DNA of 50,842 nt from an archaeon (GCA_043810595.1 JBDRNX010000037.1:1-50842), one strand, 5' to 3'; shown: positions 24,562-33,402, numbered from the stretch's first letter. Program-made: numbers and translations. The notes: generated from the sequence alone by a model not told the origin.

Positions 24562-24634
24562 GCGGTAGTGATCTAATGGCTAGGATACCACCCTCCCAAG
24601 GTGGTTGTTGCGGGTTCGAGTCCCGCCTGCCGCA
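24562..24634 (+). tRNA. tRNA-Gly (anticodon CCC)
   Basis: Hand-folded. Acceptor GCGGTAG/CTGCCGC, D stem ATCT/GGAT, anticodon stem CCACC/GGTGG with loop CTCCCAA, T arm GCGGG-TTCGAGT-CCCGC, discriminator A. No encoded CCA. Confidence 0.9.
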
Positions 24635-24727
24635 GTTTCCTTCTTTTCTAATTCCCTGTATGCAAAAACATGATACAACACTTATAAACTTCGCATAACT
24701 AAAGGCAGGCAGGAGTAACTGAGAAAG

Positions 24728-25996
24728 ATGGCAGAAGAAGATATATACGGGAACAAGGCAAGATACGAGAGGTTCGCAGAAAACCTTGAAGAGATTTTGG
24801 AAGAACCCACAGAACAGGGAAGGGGCAAGAGGAAGTATTGGTGCAAGAACAAGGCTAACCTCAAACACTACCGAACACTCACAAGAAAATTTGAGGTTGA
24901 TGACACCAGCTACATCAGAAGGCTTAAACTCATGTCTATCCTGAAGATGCTAACCCATCACATAAGCTGTGATCTGAAAGATGTTAATGGCATGGACAAA
25001 GACAATATAATAATAGAGCTGAGGAAAGGCATCTCACCAAGCAACCTGAGAAAGACAGAGAGAGACGTTAGGACAATAGGCAAGATACTATTCGGTGAGA
25101 AACAGCCCAAATTCTTCAAAGAGTTTGAGATAAAAACAGATGTGAGCAGGCAGACAGCACGCAAGGACAAGCTGAACTTTGAAGAGCTTGACAGGATAAT
25201 GAAATTCTTTGGCGGTGATGAAATGATGCAAGCATACCTCAGCCTGAGTTTCGAAAGTCTGGCAAGACCTCAAGAACTTTCTTACTTGAAGTTGAAAGAT
25301 GTGGAACTGCAAGATGCCTATGCTGTGATACAGGTCAGCGAACACGGAAAGGAAGGTGTTAAAAAACTTCTAAGCATAGACTCCTTTCCTTACTTGGTGA
25401 GATGGCTTAAAGCCCATCCAAACAAGGACAAGAGTAGCTTCTTATTCCTGAACAAACACAATAAGCAACTAACCCCTTATGCCGTCAATAAAAGGCTGAA
25501 ACAAGCTTGCAGAAATCTAAAGATAGACAAGCCAATCACCTGTTATTCTTTAAAGAGGGGTGGTGTTACTTTCAGAAGGCTCATAGGTGACAGCGACGTT
25601 GAAATACAGAGGATAGCAGGCTGGAAGACCACCCAGCAACTAAAAACCTATGACTTGTCAGACCAGCAAGATGTGTTCAAAAGGCAGTTAATCAAGAGGG
25701 GATTGCTGAAAGATGACAAGATAAGGATAGAAGCACCGAAAAGCAAACCCTGTCAGTTCTGCGGTGAGCTGATAGGCTTCAGCGACGACATATGCCCAAA
25801 ATGTCTTCATATCCTCAAAAAAGACATGGTGAAAGAGAGGATAAAGAAAGACGAAGAGCTTATAGCATTCATAGACGGAATACAAGAACTAAAGCAGACA
25901 CACCCAGAAGTCTTTGAAGCTCTTGTAGGGCTTGGTGAGAAGAAGGTTGAAGCCATGAAAGAAATCGAAAAGAAGAAGGGATTAAGCCCTTCTTAA
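24728..25996 (+). CDS. tyrosine recombinase / integrase with a C-terminal zinc ribbon
   Basis: Catalytic-domain blocks SLARPQELSYLKLKDV, YSLKRGGVT and GWKTTQQLKTYD. CQFCG...CPKC lies near the C-terminus. Confidence 0.75.
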   Translation: MAEEDIYGNKARYERFAENLEEILEEPTEQGRGKRKYWCKNKANLKHYRTLTRKFEVDDTSYIRRLKLMSILKMLTHHISCDLKDVNGMDKDNIIIELRKGISPSNLRKTERDVRTIGKILFGEKQPKFFKEFEIKTDVSRQTARKDKLNFEELDRIMKFFGGDEMMQAYLSLSFESLARPQELSYLKLKDVELQDAYAVIQVSEHGKEGVKKLLSIDSFPYLVRWLKAHPNKDKSSFLFLNKHNKQLTPYAVNKRLKQACRNLKIDKPITCYSLKRGGVTFRRLIGDSDVEIQRIAGWKTTQQLKTYDLSDQQDVFKRQLIKRGLLKDDKIRIEAPKSKPCQFCGELIGFSDDICPKCLHILKKDMVKERIKKDEELIAFIDGIQELKQTHPEVFEALVGLGEKKVEAMKEIEKKKGLSPS

Positions 25997-26167
25997 TTTT
26001 CTTATTTTCTTGCTGATTTTTACCAGATTAAAAGGTGGTTTTTCAAATTATGCTATTATAAAGCCCCCAAAATTTCGTGGTTACAAGGCTTATAACAACA
26101 AAATTCCGCAAATCTTGTAAATCTTAAACCTATATAAACCCTTCGAGGTCTTTGGATTTCTTGTGAA

Positions 26168-26350
26168 ATGGAGGTTAAAATGGTGAAAAAATATGATTAC
26201 CAAATAACTGAATTGCGGTTTGATAAAAACAGCCCTGAGTTATTGAAAGTAGAAAAAGCAGCAGAGAGTTTGGGATTAAAACTTTCAGCTTTTTGTAAAA
26301 TGTCGTCGCTGAAAGAGGCTCAGGAAGTTTTAAGAAAGAATCAAGAATGA
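26168..26350 (+). CDS. small hypothetical protein, possibly RHH-like
   Basis: 60 aa. The first ORF after the integrase. LSAFCKMSSLKEA resembles an RHH helix. Weak call. Confidence 0.35.
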   Translation: MEVKMVKKYDYQITELRFDKNSPELLKVEKAAESLGLKLSAFCKMSSLKEAQEVLRKNQE

Positions 26351-26475
26351 AACCTACCAAATCAAAAAAGAAAGAGGAGGATAAGGAAGATAAAATTGAG
26401 GCTTCAAAAAAGATATACGAACACCCTCTTGATCGGCTTATTAAAATTTTGAAGGGTGATGAAGTAAAAGAATAA
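26347..26475 (+). CDS. 42-aa charged peptide (not in the track)
   Basis: ATGA overlap with the upstream stop. Begins MKPTKSKKKEEDKEDKIEASKKIYEHPLDRLIKILKG... Confidence 0.25.
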   Translation: MKPTKSKKKEEDKEDKIEASKKIYEHPLDRLIKILKGDEVKE

Positions 26476-26490
26476 AAGAAAGAGGTTGAA

Positions 26491-26712
26491 ATGGAATCAA
26501 AAAAATCGAATCAAAAATTATTCTGCAAGAAGCTTGTGTTCTCTCATGCCAACGGCGAGATGGTTCTTTATGGGATTATTGAGTTTGATGATGGCGAGTT
26601 CTTGAAATTCAGAACTGCGAAGAGAGTTTGGACTTTGTGTAAAAGTCAGATTGTTCTCCTTACTGATACGGACAGGGTTTTTCAAGAAAATAACGAGGGT
26701 GATGGAAGATGA
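26491..26712 (+). CDS. hypothetical protein
   Basis: SD AGAGG is present. ATGA overlap with the downstream 601-aa gene. Confidence 0.45.
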   Translation: MESKKSNQKLFCKKLVFSHANGEMVLYGIIEFDDGEFLKFRTAKRVWTLCKSQIVLLTDTDRVFQENNEGDGR

Positions 26713-28514
26713 CAATAGATGATAATTTTGAAGAATTCAGAACCTTTGTCTGGAGAGAAATACTTCCATCATTTGCAAAACTACCTAATGGTGAGCCTAT
26801 GAAAGGGGCTGATAGACATGAATGCCAAAAAGGGATTTTTTTCACAAAAAAATATGGGGAACTAACCCAGCGAATTATTTATATTAATGAAACTTATGGA
26901 TACTCCTTTGACATAGATCAAATACGAGAAAAGTTTGAGCAACTTGAAGCTAAAAAAGATAAATTTTTAACGTCTGAAGAACAACAACCCAAAAATCCTT
27001 TCAGAAACCTACATTACGCAACCACACATTTACCTTATTACAAACATATAGACCAACTTCTAGGACTTTATGGAAAACATTACAATCCAATTAAAAAAGC
27101 TAGATATTACCAACTTGCAGGAGGGATAATACAGAGACCTATAAAGCTAGGGATGAAATACACAGATACAAGATTCCCTTGTGGTTATTCCTTACCAACA
27201 GAAGGTGGAAAAAACGACATAATTTACCTATTTAAAGATATAGTAACAAAAACAAAAAAAACTGAACAACATTTTTATACCATAGAAGAACCTGTGAGCT
27301 ATCACCCTGAACAACTTGTTGGGAAAGTAATAACTACTGAAATAAACAATCCAAAAGTCTTGTCAGGAGAAGCAACAAAACCTAAAAAGATAAGAGTTAA
27401 AGTTGAAAACAGAGGTCATTTTGATGCTGATTATGTGGATCTAGATGAAGCAAACACATTAATATTTCAGAATGATGAACAGACAAAACAAGCAAGGGAA
27501 TATATAAGTAAAGCTCTCAACCCGATAGGCAGGAACGAAATAACAAAACGGCTTGTTGATGACTTACCAGCAGAAAAGATAAGCTATGATCCTGTCTGCA
27601 CATTCAGTTTTTACTTCCAACCAGCAAAAATACCAGAAAACTTAGTGCTACAAGGATTCCTCAGAAGAAACCTTATGCCTGTTGGCAAAATAGAACCATT
27701 CCTTAACTATGGCAACGAAGAAGATTTCAAAAATAAAATTACAGATCCTAACTTCTCAAGACAAGAAACAAGAGACCAAATAATCAAACATTTAGAAAAA
27801 GTCAGAGAATCCACAAAAGGTAAAGACTTTGCTTTTACAGACGGAGCAAAAGAAAAAATTAACTATTACTTACCCTATTTAATTGCTGAAGGACAGGTTC
27901 ACAGCGAAAAAGTAGCTAATTACACAAAGCTCGTCAAGTGGACAATTCAAGATTACCTGATTAAGATGTCTTGCATACTTGCAGGAAGCTATTACACAAC
28001 CTTAGTCACCGAAGATTTTGTTACCTTAGCATTTATGGATTTAGTTGAGCTTCTCCAAGCGACATTTGATTTCATAAAGGAGTGGGTTATAGGTGATTTC
28101 AGTTATGGTGTAGGTTGGCAAGGGGCAAATTACAAAGAAAGAAACTGCCTAGAATACTTATATGAGAAAAAATGCTTCTCTCTTGAGACTTCAACAATCA
28201 GCATTTCTGATTTTCAAAGATACATTACAAACATCTATGCTGTTAAAGAAGATATGGCTAGAAAAATATGCAACCGATTCAAAAAGAATAGGTGGATTGA
28301 TAGCAAACAAATAGATCGCTATGAGACAAGGGTATGGCTTACATTCATACCTCAAGTTGAAAATCTAACATTTCAGGGTGATAAGGGTAATAAGGGTAGT
28401 AACCTATACGAGAGTGTATTTTCTTCAATAAATGACATCCTAAAGAGAGTATCACCCTTACCATCCTTCCCACCCTCAATAAAAGAAGAAGAGGTGGATG
28501 ATGGTAACTCTTAA
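26709..28514 (+). CDS. large orphan protein of the element (candidate replication protein)
   Basis: 601 aa, the largest ORF of the element. It has only a degenerate P-loop-like PTEGGKND and a Walker-B-like YVDLDEA. No family recognised. Confidence 0.5.
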   Translation: MTIDDNFEEFRTFVWREILPSFAKLPNGEPMKGADRHECQKGIFFTKKYGELTQRIIYINETYGYSFDIDQIREKFEQLEAKKDKFLTSEEQQPKNPFRNLHYATTHLPYYKHIDQLLGLYGKHYNPIKKARYYQLAGGIIQRPIKLGMKYTDTRFPCGYSLPTEGGKNDIIYLFKDIVTKTKKTEQHFYTIEEPVSYHPEQLVGKVITTEINNPKVLSGEATKPKKIRVKVENRGHFDADYVDLDEANTLIFQNDEQTKQAREYISKALNPIGRNEITKRLVDDLPAEKISYDPVCTFSFYFQPAKIPENLVLQGFLRRNLMPVGKIEPFLNYGNEEDFKNKITDPNFSRQETRDQIIKHLEKVRESTKGKDFAFTDGAKEKINYYLPYLIAEGQVHSEKVANYTKLVKWTIQDYLIKMSCILAGSYYTTLVTEDFVTLAFMDLVELLQATFDFIKEWVIGDFSYGVGWQGANYKERNCLEYLYEKKCFSLETSTISISDFQRYITNIYAVKEDMARKICNRFKKNRWIDSKQIDRYETRVWLTFIPQVENLTFQGDKGNKGSNLYESVFSSINDILKRVSPLPSFPPSIKEEEVDDGNS

Positions 28515-28800
28515 AATGCCCCTCAAAAGCACGTTGCCCCCACCCAGACAGCTAAAATTGGGCAGGGAATACCCAACCGCCAATAAAAAAATAATCGATT
28601 TTGGGGTAGCTAAGGTTTGTCAGAAGCACCACTTGTTTTATTTAGGGCAAGAATGTCCAGTTTGTCAGAAGGAACGGCTTAGGAATAAAAGCCTGATGGA
28701 GTTAGCCCTTTCAACTCATCGTTGTCCAAGATGTGGTTTTGAGTTAAAAGGCTGGATAATCACAAGCACCCCAGAGGGAGAGGGCGAACATGACAAGTGA
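28498..28800 (+). CDS. double zinc-ribbon protein
   Basis: CQKHH...CPVCQ and CPRCG. Overlaps the upstream gene end. Confidence 0.45.
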   Translation: MMVTLKMPLKSTLPPPRQLKLGREYPTANKKIIDFGVAKVCQKHHLFYLGQECPVCQKERLRNKSLMELALSTHRCPRCGFELKGWIITSTPEGEGEHDK

Positions 28801-28880
28801 GGTTTTTGTTGGTTTGATATGTTTCCTTTTGGGATTTGCGGGTGGGATTTCCTTTGCAGAAAGAATAGAAAAAAGGGGTA

Positions 28881-29099
28881 ATGATGGAAGAGAAACTTAA
28901 CCACCAGCTCATAGTTCGGCTTCCAAAATGGACGATGGACGAACTAAGAAACCTCGCACAAAGGACAGGCTTGCCCCGAAGCATAATTGTGAGGGCTTTC
29001 CTCAATTCTGCCCTGTTACAACTGAAGAACGTGCCAACACAGAACATCATTTTCAAGTTTGAGAGCATAAAAATAGGAAGGAATGATAATGAGCCTTGA
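28881..29099 (+). CDS. ribbon-helix-helix (CopG-like) DNA-binding protein
   Basis: QLIVRLPKWTMDELRNLAQRTGLPRSIIVRAFL has the beta-strand-helix-helix pattern of RHH regulators. Confidence 0.55.
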   Translation: MMEEKLNHQLIVRLPKWTMDELRNLAQRTGLPRSIIVRAFLNSALLQLKNVPTQNIIFKFESIKIGRNDNEP

Positions 29100-29310
29100 T
29101 AAAAAGAAGCAACCGATCATGCTAATCAGAGAAGAAGAGCAGGAATTATTTAGGGGAAACTTTATCTCTGTCGGTTCTGATGGTTGCGAAGTTCACTCTA
29201 CAACCGAGCCATTAGAAAAGGTTGAGGCTTGCATCAACAGGCTGATAAAAAAACACAGAAAATTCATGCTGGAAAAGAAAAAGAACAAGATAATTCTGGG
29301 AACGGGATAA
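29083..29310 (+). CDS. hypothetical protein
   Basis: 75-aa ORF overlapping the upstream stop region. Same strand. Confidence 0.4.
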   Translation: MIMSLDKKKQPIMLIREEEQELFRGNFISVGSDGCEVHSTTEPLEKVEACINRLIKKHRKFMLEKKKNKIILGTG

Positions 29311-29313
29311 AAA

Positions 29314-29706
29314 ATGTCACTAACCTTCATAAAACAGATGCTCAAAGATGGGATGGAAGAAAGGGAGTTAAGAACTCTGCTTGTAACAGATTTCACACAA
29401 GAAGAGCTTGACATTCTGATACAGGAAGCATCCGAACAGCTAAAGCAGGAAGCAGAAGAACAACAAGCAAGACAAAAAATAGAGGCAGAACCCTCAGACC
29501 TCACAGGTTTTTGTATGTTTTGTCAAACGAAAAGACGGATTATAAACCCGCAGGTCGAAACTATAAGCACAACGAAGAAACTAAAGGTTAAATGCGTGTT
29601 TAAAGACACTTGTTCCCGTTGGAAGATACCTAAAGAGGTTAAAAAGACAGAAAGAATAAAGGGAAAGTGTGAAGTGTGCAATAAAACAATAACAACTTTC
29701 ATATAA
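29314..29706 (+). CDS. hypothetical protein with a C-terminal zinc ribbon
   Basis: CMFCQ ... CEVCN. Acidic coiled-coil N-terminal half. Confidence 0.45.
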   Translation: MSLTFIKQMLKDGMEERELRTLLVTDFTQEELDILIQEASEQLKQEAEEQQARQKIEAEPSDLTGFCMFCQTKRRIINPQVETISTTKKLKVKCVFKDTCSRWKIPKEVKKTERIKGKCEVCNKTITTFI

Positions 29707-29899
29707 CACCCCACCTTAAAAGAGATTTAAGCGTGATTTTCTGCATATCGGTATGAAACCGTGAGAAAACGCCCCGCTAAAGGGCTGTTTCTCGGCAAAC
29801 CGCTTGTCCTGTCCTATCATACATATAATATATTCTACGGAGTAAAAATCGTTTCTTTGATTTTTTTTTCATAAAAGGGTAAGAGAAAAAGAGAGCTTG

Positions 29900-30103
29900 T
29901 CAGGGTAGCCTGTGGGTGGCTTCAGCCCTGCTTGGGAAGGGTGGCTTCTGTGATATTACCTCACCATGCTTCCGCATCCTTCTGATGTTTGTTCTTATGC
30001 ATCCAACACCCTTATGTAGCCTGTCAGATAACTCTCTTGCTGTCAAGCTATCATGCTTCTCTAATAACTTTATTATCTCTTGCTGTGTCACGTTTGCCAC
30101 CAC
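29900..30103 (-). CDS. winged-helix transcriptional regulator
   Basis: QQEIIKLLEKHDSLTARELSDRLHKGVGCIRTNIRRMRKHGEV is a typical wHTH. Confidence 0.55.
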   Translation of the reverse strand: MVANVTQQEIIKLLEKHDSLTARELSDRLHKGVGCIRTNIRRMRKHGEVISQKPPFPSRAEATHRLP

Positions 30104-30576
30104 CGAAGATTTGTGATAGGGGGCTTGAAGTTAAAATGGAAATGGATTTTTTAGGTCTTAGTCTCAAGCCCCCCATCAGCATAAAGGGAGGTGTGGGGGA
30201 AGAAGAAAAACCCCCACGAAAAGTTGGAAGAACATTTACTTAACACTCACCACCTCAATCCTCTGCCCCTGCCTCAAAAAGTTAGGAAAAGTTATTATGC
30301 CATTACGATACTTGGCTTTGAGTTCTATTATAAGAGTGATGTCAGACCAATCCTTCTTTCGTTTATCTGCTTTCATTTCTTCCTCTTGACCTTCTTCCTC
30401 TTGACAACCTCAGTATGTGAGCCTAACCAACCATTAACTATCTTGTATGTGATGACATATTGATCCTTCTTGTTTGCTTTCTTCTTCATAAACCGATAAA
30501 AAGAACCAAACCTTATAAGTGTTGTATTGATTTTCTTAATACAAACCTTATTAAGTCCAGAATATTTAATTGATTT

Positions 30577-30960
30577 ATGGGTTTGAAAGAAATTGCTGTC
30601 AAGGTTAAGAAGGTGTTGGGCGGTAACACCATAGGCAAAGGAATGGCTCCTGAAGAGGTAGAATTAGCTTCTTACAAGAAGAGGGAGTATCTTGACGGGG
30701 TTAAGAGGCAGGTTCACAGATACAGGATAGAAGATTCTAAGAGGATGTTCACAGGCAACACATTTGAGAGAAGCAAACGCACAGTCCTTAATCCGTCTGG
30801 GAAGAAGAGAAAGAAAAGACCGAGGAAGAGCTTAGTAAAACGACTTAGGAGGCTTTACCCAACAGCGAAAGTAGAACGGGGAAAACCTGAGTGGATTCAT
30901 CACAGACCGCCCATCGATGTTATAGGAAAGAAGTCAAGTGGCAATTTCGGTTTTAAATGA
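30577..30960 (+). CDS. highly basic hypothetical protein
   Basis: 127 aa with the Lys/Arg-rich stretch GKKRKKRPRKSLVKRLRRL. Confidence 0.45.
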   Translation: MGLKEIAVKVKKVLGGNTIGKGMAPEEVELASYKKREYLDGVKRQVHRYRIEDSKRMFTGNTFERSKRTVLNPSGKKRKKRPRKSLVKRLRRLYPTAKVERGKPEWIHHRPPIDVIGKKSSGNFGFK

Positions 30961-31140
30961 GATATAAGGATTGTATGCGAGAAACAGATACAAAAACAAA
31001 AACTTTATTAAGGTAATTCTATTATTGCTTTTAAGGTCAAAGAATTATGCGGTATGGTAAGGTAAGGCAGAAGGTTTGAACTTTGCCTTTGATCTCGTTC
31101 TAAACCTTCTAATCTTTAAACGATTAGGAGGAGTTATAAA

Positions 31141-31353
31141 ATGAAAGAAAAATATTATGACGAAGATGGGAACTTAATTGACAACAACAGAATATGGACT
31201 TTTACGATAACAGGAGAGAAATACTATTATAAGAATGGTGAGAGGATAATCTTGAAAAAAGGTGAACTCCCAGAGATGAAAGTCTATGTAGGTAAAAACT
31301 TTACAAACACATTAACGGGTGAGAAGATACCTTTGAGACAAGATAAAAAGTGA
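31141..31353 (+). CDS. hypothetical protein
   Basis: SD TAGGAGGAG lies upstream. 70 aa. Confidence 0.45.
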   Translation: MKEKYYDEDGNLIDNNRIWTFTITGEKYYYKNGERIILKKGELPEMKVYVGKNFTNTLTGEKIPLRQDKK

Positions 31354-31406
31354 AGAGAAAAAGATATAAGAAAGTTATAATACCTAACAATAACACTAAG
31401 GGGGTT

Positions 31407-31772
31407 ATGAAAATTAAAAGAATCATTATTTTGTCATTATTACTTTTAGGATTATCTTTGGGTTGTGAACAAAACGGGTTTTCTTATGTTTCTATAAAGG
31501 ATTTAAGTCAAGATGCTCCTGCTTACGTAGGGCAGAACATCAGTATTTCTGGAAAGCTGAATGACCGCTTAGGTGGGTATAGTTTGGAGGATAGTGAAGG
31601 ATTTTGGGTTTGGATTGAAGAGAATTGTATAGAAACACAAAGAAGATATAATTTTAATTCTGAAATCTATAGTGGCAAAGGTGTTTGGCTTTCTGGAAAA
31701 GAAGCAATTTATGGATTTAGTTTTGGATTAGAATACAAGTATCGATTGAGTTGTGTGTCTCCATTAAGTTAA
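31407..31772 (+). CDS. lipoprotein
   Basis: ATG after AAGGGGG. Reads MKIKRIIILSLLLLGLSLGC-EQNG, a signal peptide plus lipobox. The track start at 31350 is probably too early. Confidence 0.5.
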   Translation: MKIKRIIILSLLLLGLSLGCEQNGFSYVSIKDLSQDAPAYVGQNISISGKLNDRLGGYSLEDSEGFWVWIEENCIETQRRYNFNSEIYSGKGVWLSGKEAIYGFSFGLEYKYRLSCVSPLS

Positions 31773-31791
31773 AAATTTAGAAGGAATAAGA

Positions 31792-32079
31792 ATGGTAAAT
31801 AGAAATGTTTCTGAAGAATGGCTAGAACAAATTAAGAGTGCAATAAATGAGCTTAAAAACTCTTCAAGAAAGCAAACAGACTTTAATGAACTTCTAGCCT
31901 GTGCCACAGGTATTTTGGCTGTTGGTGTACTTTATGATTTATTTCTAAAAGATAGAATTGCAGCTAACCCTTATGCTTTAATAATTAGTAGTGTTATATT
32001 GGGATTTGCTCTTATTATCTTAATGGTTAGGTTTATCCTTATCATATGGATACTAGCATTTAAAAGAAAGAGGTATTAG
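31792..32079 (+). CDS. membrane protein (2 TM)
   Basis: Hydrophobic helices ACATGILAVGVLYDLF and LIISSVILGFALIILMVRFILIIWILAF. Confidence 0.45.
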   Translation: MVNRNVSEEWLEQIKSAINELKNSSRKQTDFNELLACATGILAVGVLYDLFLKDRIAANPYALIISSVILGFALIILMVRFILIIWILAFKRKRY

Positions 32080-32082
32080 TGT

Positions 32083-32289
32083 TTATTCCTGTGCTTTCTT
32101 CTTTAGGGTTAGGTTGCCTTGCTTGTCTATCTCAACCTCTAAGGTGTCTTTCTTCTTCCAGCCCTTAGCCCTGACTATCTGAGAAGGTAGGGAAACAACA
32201 TAAGTTCCGTTCTTTAGTTGTTGAAGCCTCATAGAATATAAGTTTGTATAGAAACCTTTATATACTTTATCTTCTATTATTATATACAA
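32083..32289 (-). CDS. AbrB/SpoVT-family DNA-binding protein
   Basis: YVVSLPSQIVRAKGWKKKDTLEVEIDKQGNLTL is the looped-hinge-helix signature. The true start may be the internal Met at 32232. Confidence 0.55.
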   Translation of the reverse strand: MYIIIEDKVYKGFYTNLYSMRLQQLKNGTYVVSLPSQIVRAKGWKKKDTLEVEIDKQGNLTLKKKAQE

Positions 32290-32391
32290 GCGTATGGGCT
32301 TTGAAAATAAGGAATTCTGCTCGCCTGCCGCATTGAAAATTGGTTGGAAGCATAATCCTTAAAAACTGTGCTTCGGTTTCTAATATTATGC

Positions 32392-32477
32392 GGGCTTGTA
32401 GTCTAGTGGCTATGAGGAAACTAGCAAACACCACCTTCACACGGTGGAGGTCCCCGGTTCGAATCCGGGCAGGCCCA
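32392..32477 (+). tRNA. tRNA-Val (anticodon CAC) with a 13-nt insertion in the D arm (putative non-canonical intron 32416-32428)
   Basis: Acceptor GGGCTTG/CAGGCCC, T arm CCCGG-TTCGAAT-CCGGG, anticodon stem CCACC/GGTGG with loop TTCACAC. Removing GGAAACTAGCAAA restores the D stem GTC/GAC and a 73-nt cloverleaf. Confidence 0.7.
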
Positions 32478-32544
32478 TTATTGTAACTTCTTATAAGTAG
32501 TGACAATAGAAAGGTTTATAAATGGCTTTTACTAGTTATGTAGT

Positions 32545-32967
32545 ATGACATTTGACGAAGCAAAGTTTAGAGAAGTATCTGATTTGGTTAGGAGCCTCCC
32601 TATTGACTGGGAGGATTTTGATTTGTTTAATACCAGTTATGCTGTAAGGGCTGTTCCTTCAAAGAACGAGGATGGTTCTCCTAATGGCTCTCCAGCTGAG
32701 TATGATCTTCATGAAAACGGACAGTGTGGTATTTACCTGTGGGAGGATATTGGTGAGAAAAAACAGAGACCCTTGTTGTTTCATGAGATGGTTGAGATTT
32801 ACCACAAGGTTGCTTTGGATATGTCTAAAATAGAGGCCCATAATACCACGATGCCTTGGGAGAAGAGGTTTTGTTTGGAGTACCTTACTCCCTCTGAACT
32901 TGCTAAGTATTTGAAGTTCAAGAAAGAGCACGGATGCAACGGCTTCGACTTGTCTAACAATAAGTAA
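32545..32967 (+). CDS. hypothetical protein
   Basis: TATA-like GTTTATAAAT lies about 28 nt upstream of the ATG, so the transcript may be leaderless. 140 aa. Confidence 0.5.
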   Translation: MTFDEAKFREVSDLVRSLPIDWEDFDLFNTSYAVRAVPSKNEDGSPNGSPAEYDLHENGQCGIYLWEDIGEKKQRPLLFHEMVEIYHKVALDMSKIEAHNTTMPWEKRFCLEYLTPSELAKYLKFKKEHGCNGFDLSNNK

Positions 32968-32969
32968 AA

Positions 32970-33203
32970 TTAATGCTTTCTTTCCCAGATAAGCTTCCCT
33001 TTCTTATAAACCTTTTTTATCCTGTGTAAGGGTATACTGCTGCCCTCTAATTCAAAGAATTCGTTATCATACTCTTTTATCCTGTCATAGCCCACCCTTA
33101 TCTCTTCTCCTGTAATCCTGTCTAAGTAGCTTATCTCATAATCCTGCTTTTGTTCTTTAGAATCCCACTTGATTTTGTCCAGAAGCTTTCTTATTGGTAT
33201 CAT
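32970..33203 (-). CDS. DUF504 / UPF0248-family small protein
   Basis: IRKLLDKIKWD...YEISYLDR...IPLHRIKKVYKKGKLIWERK matches my recollection of the archaeal DUF504 pattern. Confidence 0.55.
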   Translation of the reverse strand: MIPIRKLLDKIKWDSKEQKQDYEISYLDRITGEEIRVGYDRIKEYDNEFFELEGSSIPLHRIKKVYKKGKLIWERKH

Positions 33204-33276
33204 GAGACAAAACCCCCTATTAGAAAACGGGTAACCCTTTATTTTTTTATTGTTATCAAGCTAATGTTATCACCAC

Positions 33277-33402
33277 TCATTCGGCTACCTTTTCGACCAG
33301 GCTTTCTTCTTCCATCACAAGGCCGCATTTGATGCAGTATACCTCTTCATCGTTTGAAGCGAGCTGGCCTCCACACTCGGAGCACCGAGAGGCTATTTTC
33401 AT
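33277..33402 (-). CDS. 41-aa TFIIB-type zinc-ribbon protein (not in the track)
   Basis: Hand-translated as MKIASRCSECGGQLASNDEEVYCIKCGLVMEEESLVEKVAE, with CxxCG...CxxCG. Confidence 0.45.
   Translation of the reverse strand: MKIASRCSECGGQLASNDEEVYCIKCGLVMEEESLVEKVAE

Larger units (their letters stand above)
24624..32332 (+). mobile_element. integrated element (about 7.7 kb) at the 3' end of tRNA-Gly
   Basis: The 11-bp direct repeat CGCCTGCCGCA occurs at 24624-24634 (tRNA 3' end) and at 32322-32332. An integrase gene lies adjacent to the tRNA. Cargo includes RHH, wHTH, AbrB and Zn-ribbon ORFs. The content is A-rich and lower in GC. Confidence 0.6.

Noticed and set aside
24542-24868. 108-aa minus-strand ORF, and the 32267-32506 minus-strand ORF.
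   Set aside because: Both run straight through tRNA genes (Gly and Val respectively) and have no translation signals.
30119-30215. Two perfect hairpins in the integrated element: GGGGGCTTGA / TCAAGCCCCC at 30119-30173, and GTGGGGG / CCCCCAC at 30191-30215.
   Set aside because: They are real inverted repeats. They sit in a short spacer between small minus-strand ORFs and the wHTH gene, and are most simply terminators or operators. There is too little context to claim more.
30236-30489. Two tiny ATGA-coupled minus-strand ORFs (38 aa and 46 aa), and a 57-aa minus-strand ORF at 41071-41244 upstream of the archaeal pilin.
   Set aside because: They are translatable and plausibly coupled. But they are very short, low-complexity (Lys-rich) and have weak start signals. 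They are not reported as features without conservation data.
32545-32967. Possible HExxH zinc-metalloprotease motif in the 140-aa protein (FHEMVEIYH).
   Set aside because: The sequence is H-E-M-V-E, not H-E-x-x-H. The second His is three residues further on, so the canonical motif is absent.
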